This document shows, one piece after another, positions 30,246 to 40,976 of a DNA stretch of 64,000 nucleotides. The notes beneath the pieces were generated by a model that made no database searches, was not told the DNA's origin, and saw nothing but the letters and a program-made list of their open reading frames with translations. The position numbers and the translations under genes are program-made. The first letter of the stretch is position 1; the number at the start of each line of letters is the position of its first letter. The stretch is taken from the NCBI GenBank assembly GCA_030431055.1, contig JAUIJA010000009.1:14665-78664 (forward strand). The letters are read 5' to 3'. This stretch comes from Bacteroidia bacterium. Lineage in GTDB: Bacteria; Bacteroidota; Bacteroidia; Flavobacteriales; Flavobacteriaceae.

Positions 30246-31517
30246 ATGACAGTAGATTTACTTTTAGGTCTTCAATGGGGAGATGAAGGAAAAGGAAAAA
30301 TCGTTGATGTATTAACTTCAAAATACGATATTATTGCTAGGTTTCAAGGTGGACCAAATGCTGGACATACATTAGAATTTGACGGAATAAAACATGTTTT
30401 AAGAACAATTCCTTCTGGAATTTTTCACAAAAACGCAGCCAATATCATTGGAAATGGAGTTGTAATCGACCCAGTAGTTTTCCAAAAAGAAATAGAAGGC
30501 TTAGCTAAGTTTGACATGGATATAACATCTAAATTATTCATTTCGAGAAAAGCACACTTAATTCTTCCCACGCATCGTTTGCTTGATGCTGCTTCTGAAG
30601 CTTCAAAAGGAAAAGCTAAAATTGGTTCTACTTTAAAAGGAATTGGGCCAACTTATATGGATAAAACAGGTAGAAATGGTTTACGTGTTGGCGATATTGA
30701 ATTGTCAGACTTTGAAGAACGTTATAGAACTCTAGCTGATAAACATGAAGCGATGATAGACTTCTACGATGTTGACTTACAATACAATTTACCAGAAATG
30801 GAAGAAGAATTCTTTACAGCTGTTAAAGCCTTAAAGAAACTTACATTTATTGATAGTGAAGAATATTTAAACAAAGCGTTAAAAGAAGGTAAATCAATAT
30901 TAGCCGAAGGCGCACAAGGTTCTCTTTTAGATGTAGATTTTGGAACGTATCCATTTGTAACTTCTTCAAACACTACTGCTGCTGGAGCTTGTACTGGTTT
31001 AGGAATTGCTCCAAATAAAGTAAAAGACGTTTTCGGAATTTTCAAAGCTTATACAACTCGTGTAGGTTCTGGACCATTTCCTACAGAACTTTTCGACGAA
31101 ATAGGAACAACAATGGCAAAAGTTGGTAACGAATTTGGTTCTGTTACTGGTCGTGCTCGTCGTTGTGGTTGGTTAGATTTAGTTGCGCTTAAATATGCAA
31201 TTCAAGTTAATGGAGTAACGCAGTTATACATGATGAAAGGCGATGTACTTTCTGGATTTGACACTTTAAAAGTTTGTACTTCTTACAAATATAAAGGAGA
31301 AGTTATTAATCACTTACCTTTTAATATCGAACCAGAAAATATCGAACCTATTTATACTGAAATGAAAGGTTGGAAAGCTGATTTAACAGAAATGACTACT
31401 TTCGAAGAACTTCCTGAAGCATTCAAAGACTACATTTCATTTATTGAAAAAGAGCTCGAAGTTCCTATTAAAGTAATTTCAGTTGGCCCTGACAGAACAC
31501 AAACAATTGTAAAATAA
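30246..31517 (+). CDS. purA: Adenylosuccinate synthetase
   Basis: GLQWGDEGKGK, QGGPNAGHT, EGAQG, GRARRCGW. Confidence 0.98.
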   Translation: MTVDLLLGLQWGDEGKGKIVDVLTSKYDIIARFQGGPNAGHTLEFDGIKHVLRTIPSGIFHKNAANIIGNGVVIDPVVFQKEIEGLAKFDMDITSKLFISRKAHLILPTHRLLDAASEASKGKAKIGSTLKGIGPTYMDKTGRNGLRVGDIELSDFEERYRTLADKHEAMIDFYDVDLQYNLPEMEEEFFTAVKALKKLTFIDSEEYLNKALKEGKSILAEGAQGSLLDVDFGTYPFVTSSNTTAAGACTGLGIAPNKVKDVFGIFKAYTTRVGSGPFPTELFDEIGTTMAKVGNEFGSVTGRARRCGWLDLVALKYAIQVNGVTQLYMMKGDVLSGFDTLKVCTSYKYKGEVINHLPFNIEPENIEPIYTEMKGWKADLTEMTTFEELPEAFKDYISFIEKELEVPIKVISVGPDRTQTIVK

Positions 31518-31522
31518 ATCTT

Positions 31523-31552
31523 AAAAACGCTTTCAATCGAAAGCGTTTTTTT
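31523..31552 (+). terminator. Intrinsic terminator after purA
   Basis: AAAAACGCTTTC-AATC-GAAAGCGTTTTTTT. Confidence 0.85.
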
Positions 31553-31619
31553 ATAAAATATTCTTAATAATAAATGCTATCTCTAGTTTTTACTTATTTT
31601 TGAATCAAAATAGATAAGG

Positions 31620-33290
31620 TTGAAAAAGTATTTAGCATTCATATTTACCGTTTTCTTTATTATTAATAGTGTTACTGCACAAGAAGGACAAGAAAACGAT
31701 AAGATAAAAATTGAAAATTCAGATTTCGTAGATAGAAATCAAAATGAAATTCCAGGTGCGACAATTTTTACAGGAAACGTAAATGTTGTACATAAAGGCG
31801 TTAACATAAAATGTAATAAAGCATATTATTTTGACGAGGAAGATTATATAAAAGCTTTTGGAAATGTTCGTATTAATCAAGGCGATTCTTTACAAATGAA
31901 TAGTCGCTATGCTGAATATGACGGAACTAAAGAATTAGCATTTGCCACTGGAGATGTTTTTTTACGTTCGCCCGAATCTACTTTAACAACCGATACTATT
32001 TATTTCGACAAGAAAAACCAAATGGCTTTTTACAATAGCTACGGAACCATTGTAAATAAAGAAAACACACTTAAAAGTAAATCGGGTCGCTATTTTGTAC
32101 AATCTAAAAAATATCAATTTAACACTAAGGTTGTTGTAACCAATCCGAAAGCAAAAATTGAAACCAATCATCTTGATTATTATGAAAATTCGGGACATGC
32201 TTATGTTTTCGGACCTTCAACCATAACCAATCAAGGAAATGTAATTTACACCGAAAACGGATTTTACGACACTAAAAATAATACAGGAAAATTGCTTAAA
32301 AATTCAAAAATCACTTACGATAATAAAATTATTGAAGGTGACGATTTGTATTACGACCAATCGAGAAACTTTTCACGAGCAATTAATAATGTAAAAATTA
32401 CCGATACCATAAATAATATGGTGGCAAAAGGACATTATGCAGAAATGTGGCGCGATACACAAACTAGAAAAGATTCTATTATTTTGACTAAAAGAGCTGT
32501 TGTTATTACAAAAGTTGAAAACGATTCGCTTTACATGCACGGAAAGAAAATTTTAGTTACTGGTCCGCCAGAAGATAGAACTATTCGCGCTTTTAACAAC
32601 GTACGTTTCTTTAAAACTGATATGAGTGGAAAATGCGATTCTATTCATTCGAATAACAAAACTGCTTTAACACAACTAATTGGAAAACCTGTTATTTGGA
32701 ATGGCGAAAATCAAATGACTGGAGATGTAATGCATTTAATTGGCAACAACACAAGCGAACAACTTGATTCTTTAAAAGTTTTGAACAATGCTTTTCTGGT
32801 TCAAAAAGACACTATTAGTAAAAATGGTTACAACCAAATTAAAGGTCAAAATTTATATGGAAAATTCAAAAACAACGAATTAAGCGAAGTTGACATTGTA
32901 AAAAATACTGAAGTTATTTATTATATGAGAAACGATGACAATGAACTTATTGGCATTGACAAAAAAGTATGCAGCAAAATTAATTTAGGAATTTCTGATA
33001 ATCAAATCGATTCAGTTACTGCTTTTAATAATGTTGAAAGCAATTTATATCCAGAAGATGAATTTCCCGAAAACGCTCGGAAATTGAGAGGATTTATTTG
33101 GCGTGGAGACGAACGGATAAAATCGAAAGAAGATATTTTTCCAGAAGAAGAAAATATACTACACGAAAAAATCATAATCGAAAGTAAAAAGAAAGCGGAA
33201 GAAGAAGATGTTCCTATGGAAATTTTACCTGAAACTTTAGATTATGATAAAAATAATCCAAAACCTAAAGCTGTTTTAAAAGTTGAATAA
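31620..33290 (+). CDS. OstA/LptA-like beta-jellyroll periplasmic protein
   Basis: TTG start, signal peptide, repeated beta-rich units (FTGNVNV, AFGNVRI, AINNVKI, AFNNVRF); TATTTTTG box at 31595. Confidence 0.75.
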   Translation: MKKYLAFIFTVFFIINSVTAQEGQENDKIKIENSDFVDRNQNEIPGATIFTGNVNVVHKGVNIKCNKAYYFDEEDYIKAFGNVRINQGDSLQMNSRYAEYDGTKELAFATGDVFLRSPESTLTTDTIYFDKKNQMAFYNSYGTIVNKENTLKSKSGRYFVQSKKYQFNTKVVVTNPKAKIETNHLDYYENSGHAYVFGPSTITNQGNVIYTENGFYDTKNNTGKLLKNSKITYDNKIIEGDDLYYDQSRNFSRAINNVKITDTINNMVAKGHYAEMWRDTQTRKDSIILTKRAVVITKVENDSLYMHGKKILVTGPPEDRTIRAFNNVRFFKTDMSGKCDSIHSNNKTALTQLIGKPVIWNGENQMTGDVMHLIGNNTSEQLDSLKVLNNAFLVQKDTISKNGYNQIKGQNLYGKFKNNELSEVDIVKNTEVIYYMRNDDNELIGIDKKVCSKINLGISDNQIDSVTAFNNVESNLYPEDEFPENARKLRGFIWRGDERIKSKEDIFPEEENILHEKIIIESKKKAEEEDVPMEILPETLDYDKNNPKPKAVLKVE

Positions 33291-33300
33291 TTTTTGATTA

Positions 33301-34479
33301 ATGCTAAACGATTTTTTTAAATACCAAGCACAAACTTCTCCTCATCCATTAGCAATGGAAATTTCAAGAGCTGAAGGAAGCTACATTTACGACACTGAAG
33401 GAAATGCTTATTTAGATTTTGTTGCGGGAGTTTCTGCCAATACATTAGGTCATCAACCAAAAAGAGTAAACGACGCTATAAAAGAGCAACTTGATAAGTA
33501 TTCGCACGTAATGGTTTATGGCGAATATGCCCAACATCCAGCAACGGAGTTTTGTAAATTATTAGCTTCTCACCTACCTGAACCATTAAACAAAACGTAT
33601 TTGGTTAATTCAGGAACAGAAGCTATTGAAGGTGCGTTAAAATTAGCACGAAGAGTTACAGGAAGGAGTCAATTAATTTCTTGTTTTAATGCTTATCATG
33701 GAAATACTATGGGAAGCATGAGTGTTATGGGTTTTGAAGAACGCAAACAAATATTTCGTCCATTAATTCCAGATGTAGATTTTATTACTTTCAACAACGA
33801 AGCCGATTTAGAAAAAATCACAACAAAAACAGCTGGTGTCATCTTAGAAACTATTCAAGGTGGCGCTGGATTTATCGAACCAGAAAACGATTTCTTGAAG
33901 AAAGTTCGCCAACGCTGTACTGAAGTTGGCGCGGTAATGATTTTAGATGAAATCCAACCAGGTTTTGGTCGCACAGGAAAATTATTCGGGTTTCAAAATT
34001 ACGACATTGTTCCCGATGTTGTAGTTATGGGAAAAGGAATGGCTAGCGGAATGCCTGTTGGTGCTTTTACCGCTTCAGCAGAAATGATGGATTTATTAAG
34101 TCACGATCCAAAATTAGGACATATTACGACTTTTGGTGGGCATCCAGTAATTGCAGCTGCATCTTTGGCAACGCTTCAAGAAGTTACGGAAAATAACTTG
34201 ATGCAAGAAGCTTTAGAAAAAGAACAATTATTTAGAGAACTACTAGTTCATCCACTTATAATTGAAGTTAGAGGAAAAGGCTTAATGCTAGCTGCCATGA
34301 CAGAAAGTCCGGATATAACCAATCAAGTTATTCTAGAATGTCATAAACGAGGTGTTATTTTATTCTGGTTACTATTCGAAAGTAAGGCAATTCGTATAAC
34401 TCCTCCATTAACTGTATCAAAAGAAGAAATACGAAAAGGTTGTGGCATTATTATTGACGTATTGAATAGTATAGGTTAA
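33301..34479 (+). CDS. Class-III PLP aminotransferase (ArgD/OAT-like)
   Basis: NSGTEAIEGA, ETIQGGAG, DEIQPGFGRTG, MGKG. Confidence 0.9.
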   Translation: MLNDFFKYQAQTSPHPLAMEISRAEGSYIYDTEGNAYLDFVAGVSANTLGHQPKRVNDAIKEQLDKYSHVMVYGEYAQHPATEFCKLLASHLPEPLNKTYLVNSGTEAIEGALKLARRVTGRSQLISCFNAYHGNTMGSMSVMGFEERKQIFRPLIPDVDFITFNNEADLEKITTKTAGVILETIQGGAGFIEPENDFLKKVRQRCTEVGAVMILDEIQPGFGRTGKLFGFQNYDIVPDVVVMGKGMASGMPVGAFTASAEMMDLLSHDPKLGHITTFGGHPVIAAASLATLQEVTENNLMQEALEKEQLFRELLVHPLIIEVRGKGLMLAAMTESPDITNQVILECHKRGVILFWLLFESKAIRITPPLTVSKEEIRKGCGIIIDVLNSIG

Positions 34480-34650
34480 TGGTGTAAGGTAAATGGTAAA
34501 AGGAAAAAATTAGACAAAACCTTTTACCTATCACCTTTTACCCAATGCAAAATTGTTAATTAAATTGTTTAAAACAATTTGTTATTAAAACCAAATGCCC
34601 TGTTTTAATCCTTAATTTAGTTAAGGACAAAACCATAAACTGAGAAAGAT

Positions 34651-36048
34651 ATGAGATTGAGTCACGATGATGAAGAAAACAACCTTTCGTTATCCAAGTT
34701 CGAATCGATGTTGAAAACCAATAAAGTTTTCTTTTTTGATTCTGAAGAGTTTGAGGATATTATCCTGCATTATATGGATACGGGCAGAATTAATTTGGCT
34801 AAAAGAGCTTTAAAATTAGGACTTGACCAACACCCATCTTCAACAGGATTGAAGTTAGTTCAAGTTGAAATGTTAGTCTATGAAGACAAACTAGATTTAG
34901 CTGAACGATTACTTACTGAATTATATGCAATTGAGCCTACAAATGAAGAAATTTTCATTCAACAGGCTAATATTTACTCTAAACGAGATGAACACGAAAA
35001 AGCAATTGCATCACTTAATAAAGCTTTAAAATATACTAGTGATTTAGCAGATGTATATTCTATGATTGGTATGGAATATCTATTTATTGATGATCTTGAA
35101 AAAGCTAAAGATTACTTTATTCTTTGTCTTGAAGAAGATGAATTAGATTATTCAGCCTTATACAATGTTGTGTATTGTTTCGATTTTCTGGGCCAAAATG
35201 AAAAAGCCGTTACTTACTTAGAGCGTTTTATCGACAAAAATCCTTATAGTGAAGTAGCTTGGCATCAATTGGGCCGACAATTTTATGCGTTAAAGAATTA
35301 CGAAAAAGCAGTTTGGGCGTTTGATTATGCAACTTTAATCGATGAACGTTTTCTTGGCGCTTATATGGAGAAAGCCAAATCTTACGAAAAGCTTAAACAG
35401 TTTGAAAATGCAATTGCTAGCTATAAAATCACGTTAGAATTAGATGATCCAACTTCATTTGCATTACTACGAATTGGTAAATGTTTTGAAAAACTTGGCA
35501 ATATTGAAAAAGCTTTAAAATACTATCATAAAACAGTTCACGAGGATCCACTTTTAGATAAAGGTTGGATTGCTATTACTGATTTTTATTTGCGTCAACA
35601 TAACTTCCAAAAGGCGTTATACTATGTAAATAAAGCTATTGGAATTGATGCAGAAAACAGTTCATATTGGAAACGATATGCGGCCATTAATCAAGCTTTG
35701 CAATTTTATGAAGAAGCAGAAGCTGGTTATCGAAGAGCTTTTGAAAGTGGCGATTTAAACCTCGATACATTTATTCTTTGGGTAAATATGTTACAACTTT
35801 TAGGCGAATTTGAAACTGCTATCGATATTTTATTACAAGCTTCTGATGTTTTTCCTAGCGAATTTGAAATCGAATATCGCTTAGCTGGATTATATTATTT
35901 ACTTGGTGAAAACGATAAAGGAAAATTTCACCTTACAAATGGTTTACAATTAGGCTACGAGCATCATTCTATAATAGAAGAATATTTTCCGGCAACTTGG
36001 GAAATGAATGAAGTACGACAACAAATTGAAAATTTTAGATTAAAATAA
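34651..36048 (+). CDS. Conserved cytoplasmic TPR protein
   Basis: SLSKFESMLKTN N-terminus followed by multiple TPRs. Confidence 0.85.
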   Translation: MRLSHDDEENNLSLSKFESMLKTNKVFFFDSEEFEDIILHYMDTGRINLAKRALKLGLDQHPSSTGLKLVQVEMLVYEDKLDLAERLLTELYAIEPTNEEIFIQQANIYSKRDEHEKAIASLNKALKYTSDLADVYSMIGMEYLFIDDLEKAKDYFILCLEEDELDYSALYNVVYCFDFLGQNEKAVTYLERFIDKNPYSEVAWHQLGRQFYALKNYEKAVWAFDYATLIDERFLGAYMEKAKSYEKLKQFENAIASYKITLELDDPTSFALLRIGKCFEKLGNIEKALKYYHKTVHEDPLLDKGWIAITDFYLRQHNFQKALYYVNKAIGIDAENSSYWKRYAAINQALQFYEEAEAGYRRAFESGDLNLDTFILWVNMLQLLGEFETAIDILLQASDVFPSEFEIEYRLAGLYYLLGENDKGKFHLTNGLQLGYEHHSIIEEYFPATWEMNEVRQQIENFRLK

Positions 36049-36117
36049 CCTACAAAATCTAACTATTAAGTCATTCTTTAACTATTTTTGTTTCAGAATG
36101 ACTTTTTTTATAAACCA

Positions 36118-37086
36118 ATGAGAAAACTATTTCCCGATTATATTTTAATTTTTCTAAAAGGAATTGCAATGGGCGCAGCCGATGTTGTTCCTGGAGTTTC
36201 TGGCGGAACTATCGCTTTTATTTCTGGAATTTACCAAGAATTAATTAATAGTATTAATAGAATCAATTTAGATGTATTTAAAAATCTGAAAAAAAACGAA
36301 TTAAAAGCTACTTGGGCATCTATTAATGGAAACTTTCTTTTAGCTTTAGTTTGTGGAATTGGCGTAAGTGTTTTAACTTTTTCAAAAATAATTATGCACT
36401 TATTAGAAACCCAACCTATTTTAGTTTGGTCATTCTTTTTCGGATTAGTTTTAGCTAGTATTGTATTTATTTGGAAGGAAATCACGCATTGGACACCAAA
36501 AAGTATCATTTCTTTACTAATTGGAATACTTCTTTCCTATTACATTACAATTGCAGAACCTGCACATTCGCCTGATAGTTATTGGTTTTTATTTTTATCT
36601 GGATTCATTGCTATTATTGCTATGATTTTACCCGGAGTTTCTGGCGCTTTTATTTTGTTATTAATGGGTTCGTACCAAACTGTAATTGGAACAATCAATC
36701 AATTGCGTGAAGGAATTACTCAAATGAATTTTGAAATTCTAGGTGATGCATTATTAAAATTAGGAACAATTGCTTTAGGCGCATTATTAGGTTTAAAGTT
36801 ATTTTCCAGACTGTTAACGTGGATGTTTACGCATCATAAAAACACTACTTTAGCTTTGTTAATCGGATTTATGATTGGTTCGCTAAATAAAATTTGGCCT
36901 TGGAAAGAAATCTTAAAAACAAGAGTAAATAGTCACGGTGAAACAGTTCCTTTTCTTGAAAAAAGTATTTTACCAACAGATTTCAGCGGAGAACCAAAAA
37001 TATTTTTAGCAGTTATTATGTTACTAATTGGTTTCTTTTTAATTTTCGGTTTAGAAAAATTTGCAACTAGATTAGGTAAAAACTAA
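36118..37086 (+). CDS. DUF368 membrane protein
   Basis: KGIAMGAADVVPGVSGGTIA, AMILPGVSGAFILL, KIWPWK. Confidence 0.88.
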   Translation: MRKLFPDYILIFLKGIAMGAADVVPGVSGGTIAFISGIYQELINSINRINLDVFKNLKKNELKATWASINGNFLLALVCGIGVSVLTFSKIIMHLLETQPILVWSFFFGLVLASIVFIWKEITHWTPKSIISLLIGILLSYYITIAEPAHSPDSYWFLFLSGFIAIIAMILPGVSGAFILLLMGSYQTVIGTINQLREGITQMNFEILGDALLKLGTIALGALLGLKLFSRLLTWMFTHHKNTTLALLIGFMIGSLNKIWPWKEILKTRVNSHGETVPFLEKSILPTDFSGEPKIFLAVIMLLIGFFLIFGLEKFATRLGKN

Positions 37087-37091
37087 ACGAA

Positions 37092-37850
37092 ATGGCTCAA
37101 AAAAAAGTAAAAAAGCAATTCAAATTTGGGTTAATAGGCCGAAATATTGAATATTCTTTTTCGAGAAAATATTTCAACAAAAAGTTTAAAAATCTGCATT
37201 TTGATAATTGTGAATATTTGAATTTCGATATCCAATCGATAAAAGAGTTTCCAAAAGTTTTTGCAGAAACAAAAAGTTTAAAAGGTTTAAATGTAACCAT
37301 TCCGTATAAAGAAGATATTATTCCGTATTTAGATAGTGTTTCAAATACTGCTAGAAAAATTGGTGCGGTAAATACGATTTCCATTTCCAAAAACAAAAAA
37401 TTAAAAGGTCATAATACTGATCATTACGGATTTAAGAAATCACTACAACCACTATTAAAAAAACATCATAAAAAAGCCCTTATTTTAGGAACTGGTGGCG
37501 CTAGTAAAGCTATTGCTTTTGCTTTACGAAAACTTGGAATAGAATACGATTTTGTTTCTCGAAATCCTTCGGAATATGAAATTTCATATAGCGAAATAAA
37601 CGAAGAAATCTTCAACGAATACCAAATTGTTATCAATACAACTCCACTAGGAACACATCCGAATATTGAAGAATGTCCGCCATTACCTTACGAGTTTTTC
37701 ACTTCAAAACATATTGCGTTTGATTTGGTTTACAATCCTGAAAAAACTACGTTTTTAAAAAAAGCAAAAAAACAAGGCGCGACTATTCAAAATGGTTATG
37801 AAATGCTCGTTTTTCAGGCTGAAAAAGCTTGGCGAATTTGGAACAAATAA
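37092..37850 (+). CDS. aroE: Shikimate dehydrogenase
   Basis: GLNVTIPYKE, GAVNT, NTD, GTGGA, DLVYNP. Confidence 0.93.
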   Translation: MAQKKVKKQFKFGLIGRNIEYSFSRKYFNKKFKNLHFDNCEYLNFDIQSIKEFPKVFAETKSLKGLNVTIPYKEDIIPYLDSVSNTARKIGAVNTISISKNKKLKGHNTDHYGFKKSLQPLLKKHHKKALILGTGGASKAIAFALRKLGIEYDFVSRNPSEYEISYSEINEEIFNEYQIVINTTPLGTHPNIEECPPLPYEFFTSKHIAFDLVYNPEKTTFLKKAKKQGATIQNGYEMLVFQAEKAWRIWNK

Positions 37851-37972
37851 CCAAACAATATCATTCTAGTTTTCGTTACTCGTAAAAAAACATACATTTA
37901 ACGAATTTCCTTTGAATTTTTCCCACTGCTTTAGTATCTTCGGACACGATTACTAACCTTAAGCATTACAAA

Positions 37973-39862
37973 ATGTTAGAAGAAAAGAATGATAACCTGC
38001 ACGAAGCAGATGGACAAGAAAATTTAGAACCGCAAAACGAGGTTGAAACACAACCACAGTCTCTTCAAGATGAAATAGATAACTCAAATGCAGAAGAAAG
38101 CGAAGACGATTCTATAAAAGACAAACACGATATTCCGTTAGAAGATTACGAGTCAATGTCTATGGATGAATTGGTTGCCGAACTAGAAAAACTGGTTCAA
38201 AACCATAAGGTAATGGCAATTAAAGATCATGCGGAAGAAATTCGTAAAGCATTTGCTAATCATTATCATCATTTTATTGATGAAAAAAGAGATGAGTTTA
38301 ATGCTGAAAACACCGATGAAAATGCAGAATTTGAATATCATTTTCCGCTAAAAAATAAATTCGACGCCGTTTATGACGATTATAAACATAAGCGAAACGA
38401 ACACTACAAGCAACTTCAAAAGAACTTAAAAAGCAATTTAGACAAGCGTCATGAGTTAATTGAAGAACTTAAAAACTTAGTTGATCATCCAGATGAATCA
38501 GAATCTATTGCAGATATGTTCAAAAAGATGAACAACATTCGCGAACAATGGAAAACAGCTGGTTCAATTCCACGTGATAAATACAACATCGTTTGGAACA
38601 ACTATCATTTTCACGTTGAGCGTTTTTACGATTTAATTCATTTAGACAAAGAAGCTCGCGATCAAGACTTTAAGCACAACTTAGAAGAAAAGCAAGAAAT
38701 TATTGCAAGAGCAAAAGAGTTACTAAACGAAGAAGATGTAATGAAAGCTTTCCGCGAATTGCAATTATTACACCGCGTTTGGAAAGAAGAAATTGGTCCG
38801 GTTGCGAGAGAAGAACGCGAAGCTATTTGGAATGAATTTAGCGATGTTACAAAACAGATGCACGAAAAACGCGAAGCGTATTTCGGTCAGGCAAAAGAAC
38901 GTGAAAACGAAAACTTAGCACGCAAAAAAGAAATTATTGCAAATATTGAAGCTTTAGAAAAAGAAAACATCAATTCGCATAACGGTTGGCAAAACCGAAT
39001 TAAAAAAATGGAAGATTTACGCCAGCAATTCTTTAAAGCTGGTCGCGTTCCAAATGAAGTCAACGAAGCTACTTGGGCAGCATTTAAAACCGCTGTTCGT
39101 TCTTTTAACGCTAAAAAGAATGCATTCTATAAAGCCTTAAAACACGACCAACAAGACAACTTGAATAAAAAGTTAGCTTTAGTAGAAAAAGCCGAAGAAT
39201 TAAAAGACAGCGAAGATTTCAAATCGGTTACACCTATAATGAAGCAAATTCAGGAAGATTGGAAGAAAATTGGACATGTTCCTAGAAAGTATTCTGATAA
39301 AATTTGGGCTGATTTTAAAAATGCATGTAACCATTATTTTGATCGTTTACACAAAGTAAGAAATCAAGAAAACAAAGTTGAAATTGAAGCTTTTGATAAG
39401 AAAAAAGCCTTTTTAGAAGATTTAAAATCTTTCGAATTAACAGGCGATCACAAAACCGATTTAGATGCGATAAAAGCACAAATTGAATCTTGGAAAGCAA
39501 TTGGTCGTGTACCATACAATCGTCGTCATATCGAAGGAAAATTCAATAAAGTTTTAGATGCTTTGTTTGAAAAACTAAGCTTATCTAAAAAAGATACCGA
39601 AATGATGAAGTTTGATGCCAAATTAGAACAAATGGTAGAAAACGAAGACGATAGAGGTTTAGAAAAAGAGCAATATTTCATTCGTAAGAAAATTGACGAA
39701 GTTCAAAATGAAATTTTCCAATTAGAAAACAATATTCAGTTTATAAGTTCGAGTTCTAAAGGTGAAAATCCTTTTATAAAAGAAGTTAAAAAGAATATTG
39801 AACGCCACAAAGACGATTTAAAATTGTGGAAAGAAAAACTTAGCAAATTAAGAGAAATTTAA
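37973..39862 (+). CDS. DUF349 repeat protein
   Basis: Repeated helical units ending WK.IG.VP...IW..F. Confidence 0.85.
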   Translation: MLEEKNDNLHEADGQENLEPQNEVETQPQSLQDEIDNSNAEESEDDSIKDKHDIPLEDYESMSMDELVAELEKLVQNHKVMAIKDHAEEIRKAFANHYHHFIDEKRDEFNAENTDENAEFEYHFPLKNKFDAVYDDYKHKRNEHYKQLQKNLKSNLDKRHELIEELKNLVDHPDESESIADMFKKMNNIREQWKTAGSIPRDKYNIVWNNYHFHVERFYDLIHLDKEARDQDFKHNLEEKQEIIARAKELLNEEDVMKAFRELQLLHRVWKEEIGPVAREEREAIWNEFSDVTKQMHEKREAYFGQAKERENENLARKKEIIANIEALEKENINSHNGWQNRIKKMEDLRQQFFKAGRVPNEVNEATWAAFKTAVRSFNAKKNAFYKALKHDQQDNLNKKLALVEKAEELKDSEDFKSVTPIMKQIQEDWKKIGHVPRKYSDKIWADFKNACNHYFDRLHKVRNQENKVEIEAFDKKKAFLEDLKSFELTGDHKTDLDAIKAQIESWKAIGRVPYNRRHIEGKFNKVLDALFEKLSLSKKDTEMMKFDAKLEQMVENEDDRGLEKEQYFIRKKIDEVQNEIFQLENNIQFISSSSKGENPFIKEVKKNIERHKDDLKLWKEKLSKLREI

Positions 39863-39867
39863 TACCA

Positions 39868-39891
39868 AACCCCGAGTGAAAGCTTGGGGTT
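39868..39891 (+). terminator. GC-rich hairpin after DUF349 (possible terminator)
   Basis: AACCCCGAG-TGAAAG-CTTGGGGTT; U-tract is weak. Confidence 0.5.
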
Positions 39892-39906
39892 AATAATTCC
39901 ATTTAT

Positions 39907-40530
39907 ATGAACAATTATTACAAGCTCTTTTTATTAATTTTTTTATCATTTAATTCAAATTATGGACAAAATAAAACAATTTATGTAAATGAAAAACTAG
40001 AATTAATATCAGAAAAGGAATTCTACGAAAAAGACAATAACATTGAATTCTTATACTCCCAATATTCAAATGATACATTAATAATAAAAACTAAAGCTAA
40101 AAGAGAAAACAAAGGTATTTTAAATGAATCTATAAGAATTAGAATTAAAGATTATATTAATAATATAGAAAAAAATGAAAATAAAATTACTGATAAAGAT
40201 ATCATAGTTATAAATTATTATCCTGGACTTGATAATTGTAATAAAGGAGCTGGAAATGATTTTTTAATTAATAAGTATGCTTCTTACACTAGAAAAATAA
40301 AAAAAATAAAAAATGTAAAACAATTCTATTTTTATAAAGATATTGGAAACACAAAAAAATATGGGAAAAAACTAATTTGGTTTAAGGATTCCTACAATCT
40401 ATTTGAAAAACTATTTTTTAAAATTCATTATCCATGTGGAAGCTATGTGATAATTTTTCCTGACAACACATTTATATCTTACTTTGGTGAATATAATATT
40501 GATGTTATTTTAGAAAGATTAAAAAATTAA
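39907..40530 (+). CDS. Secreted hypothetical protein
   Basis: 207-aa ORF with signal peptide; YYPGLDNCN and HYPCGS motifs; very AT-rich. Confidence 0.7.
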   Translation: MNNYYKLFLLIFLSFNSNYGQNKTIYVNEKLELISEKEFYEKDNNIEFLYSQYSNDTLIIKTKAKRENKGILNESIRIRIKDYINNIEKNENKITDKDIIVINYYPGLDNCNKGAGNDFLINKYASYTRKIKKIKNVKQFYFYKDIGNTKKYGKKLIWFKDSYNLFEKLFFKIHYPCGSYVIIFPDNTFISYFGEYNIDVILERLKN

Positions 40531-40539
40531 TTAAAAAAA

Positions 40540-40826
40540 CTAAAACTCATATTCTCTTTCAACCTTAGCAATTCTAACTTTATAGTTTTTATACCAAGTG
40601 GTTTTTCCTTTTTCTTGCGCAAAAAGATGTTCGGTGTTTTCTTCCATGCTTTGATAGCTTCTAAACTTTCCCAATAGGAAACTGTAATCCCAATTTCACT
40701 TCGTGCACTTTCTAAACCTATAAAACCAGGTTGATGTTTGGCTAATTCTACCATTTTAATAGCCATTTCAGCATAGCCTTCCTCTACTTCTGTTCGTGTT
40801 GATGTGAAAATTACAGCGTAGTACAT
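40540..40826 (-). pseudogene. Antibiotic-biosynthesis-monooxygenase (ABM) family gene with a 1-nt frameshift
   Basis: YYAVIFTS...PGFIGLESAR...ITVSYWESLEAIKAWK; the expected tail TEHLFAQEKGKTTWYKNYKVRIAKVEREYEF* is in the adjacent frame (TAG 40540-40542). Confidence 0.8.
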
Positions 40827-40854
40827 TTTAATTATGAATTATGAGTTATGAATA

Positions 40855-40897
40855 GTTCTCGATACATTCCGATTTCATCGGAACACTCGAACTGACG
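40855..40897. repeat. REP-like half element
   Basis: GTTCTCGATACA-TTCCGATTTCATCGGAA-CACTCGAACTGACG. Confidence 0.9.
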
Positions 40898-40976
40898 ACT
40901 TCGACTGAAAACAGATTACTAAAGTCGCTTCGCTTCTTCCCTTTTAGAATTTGAAAATCAAAGATTTTCGAATTAC

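Noticed and set aside
37562-37575. TCC-TTC-GGA mini-hairpin in aroE as another coding REP
   Set aside because: Only a 3-bp stem with no flanking REP similarity.
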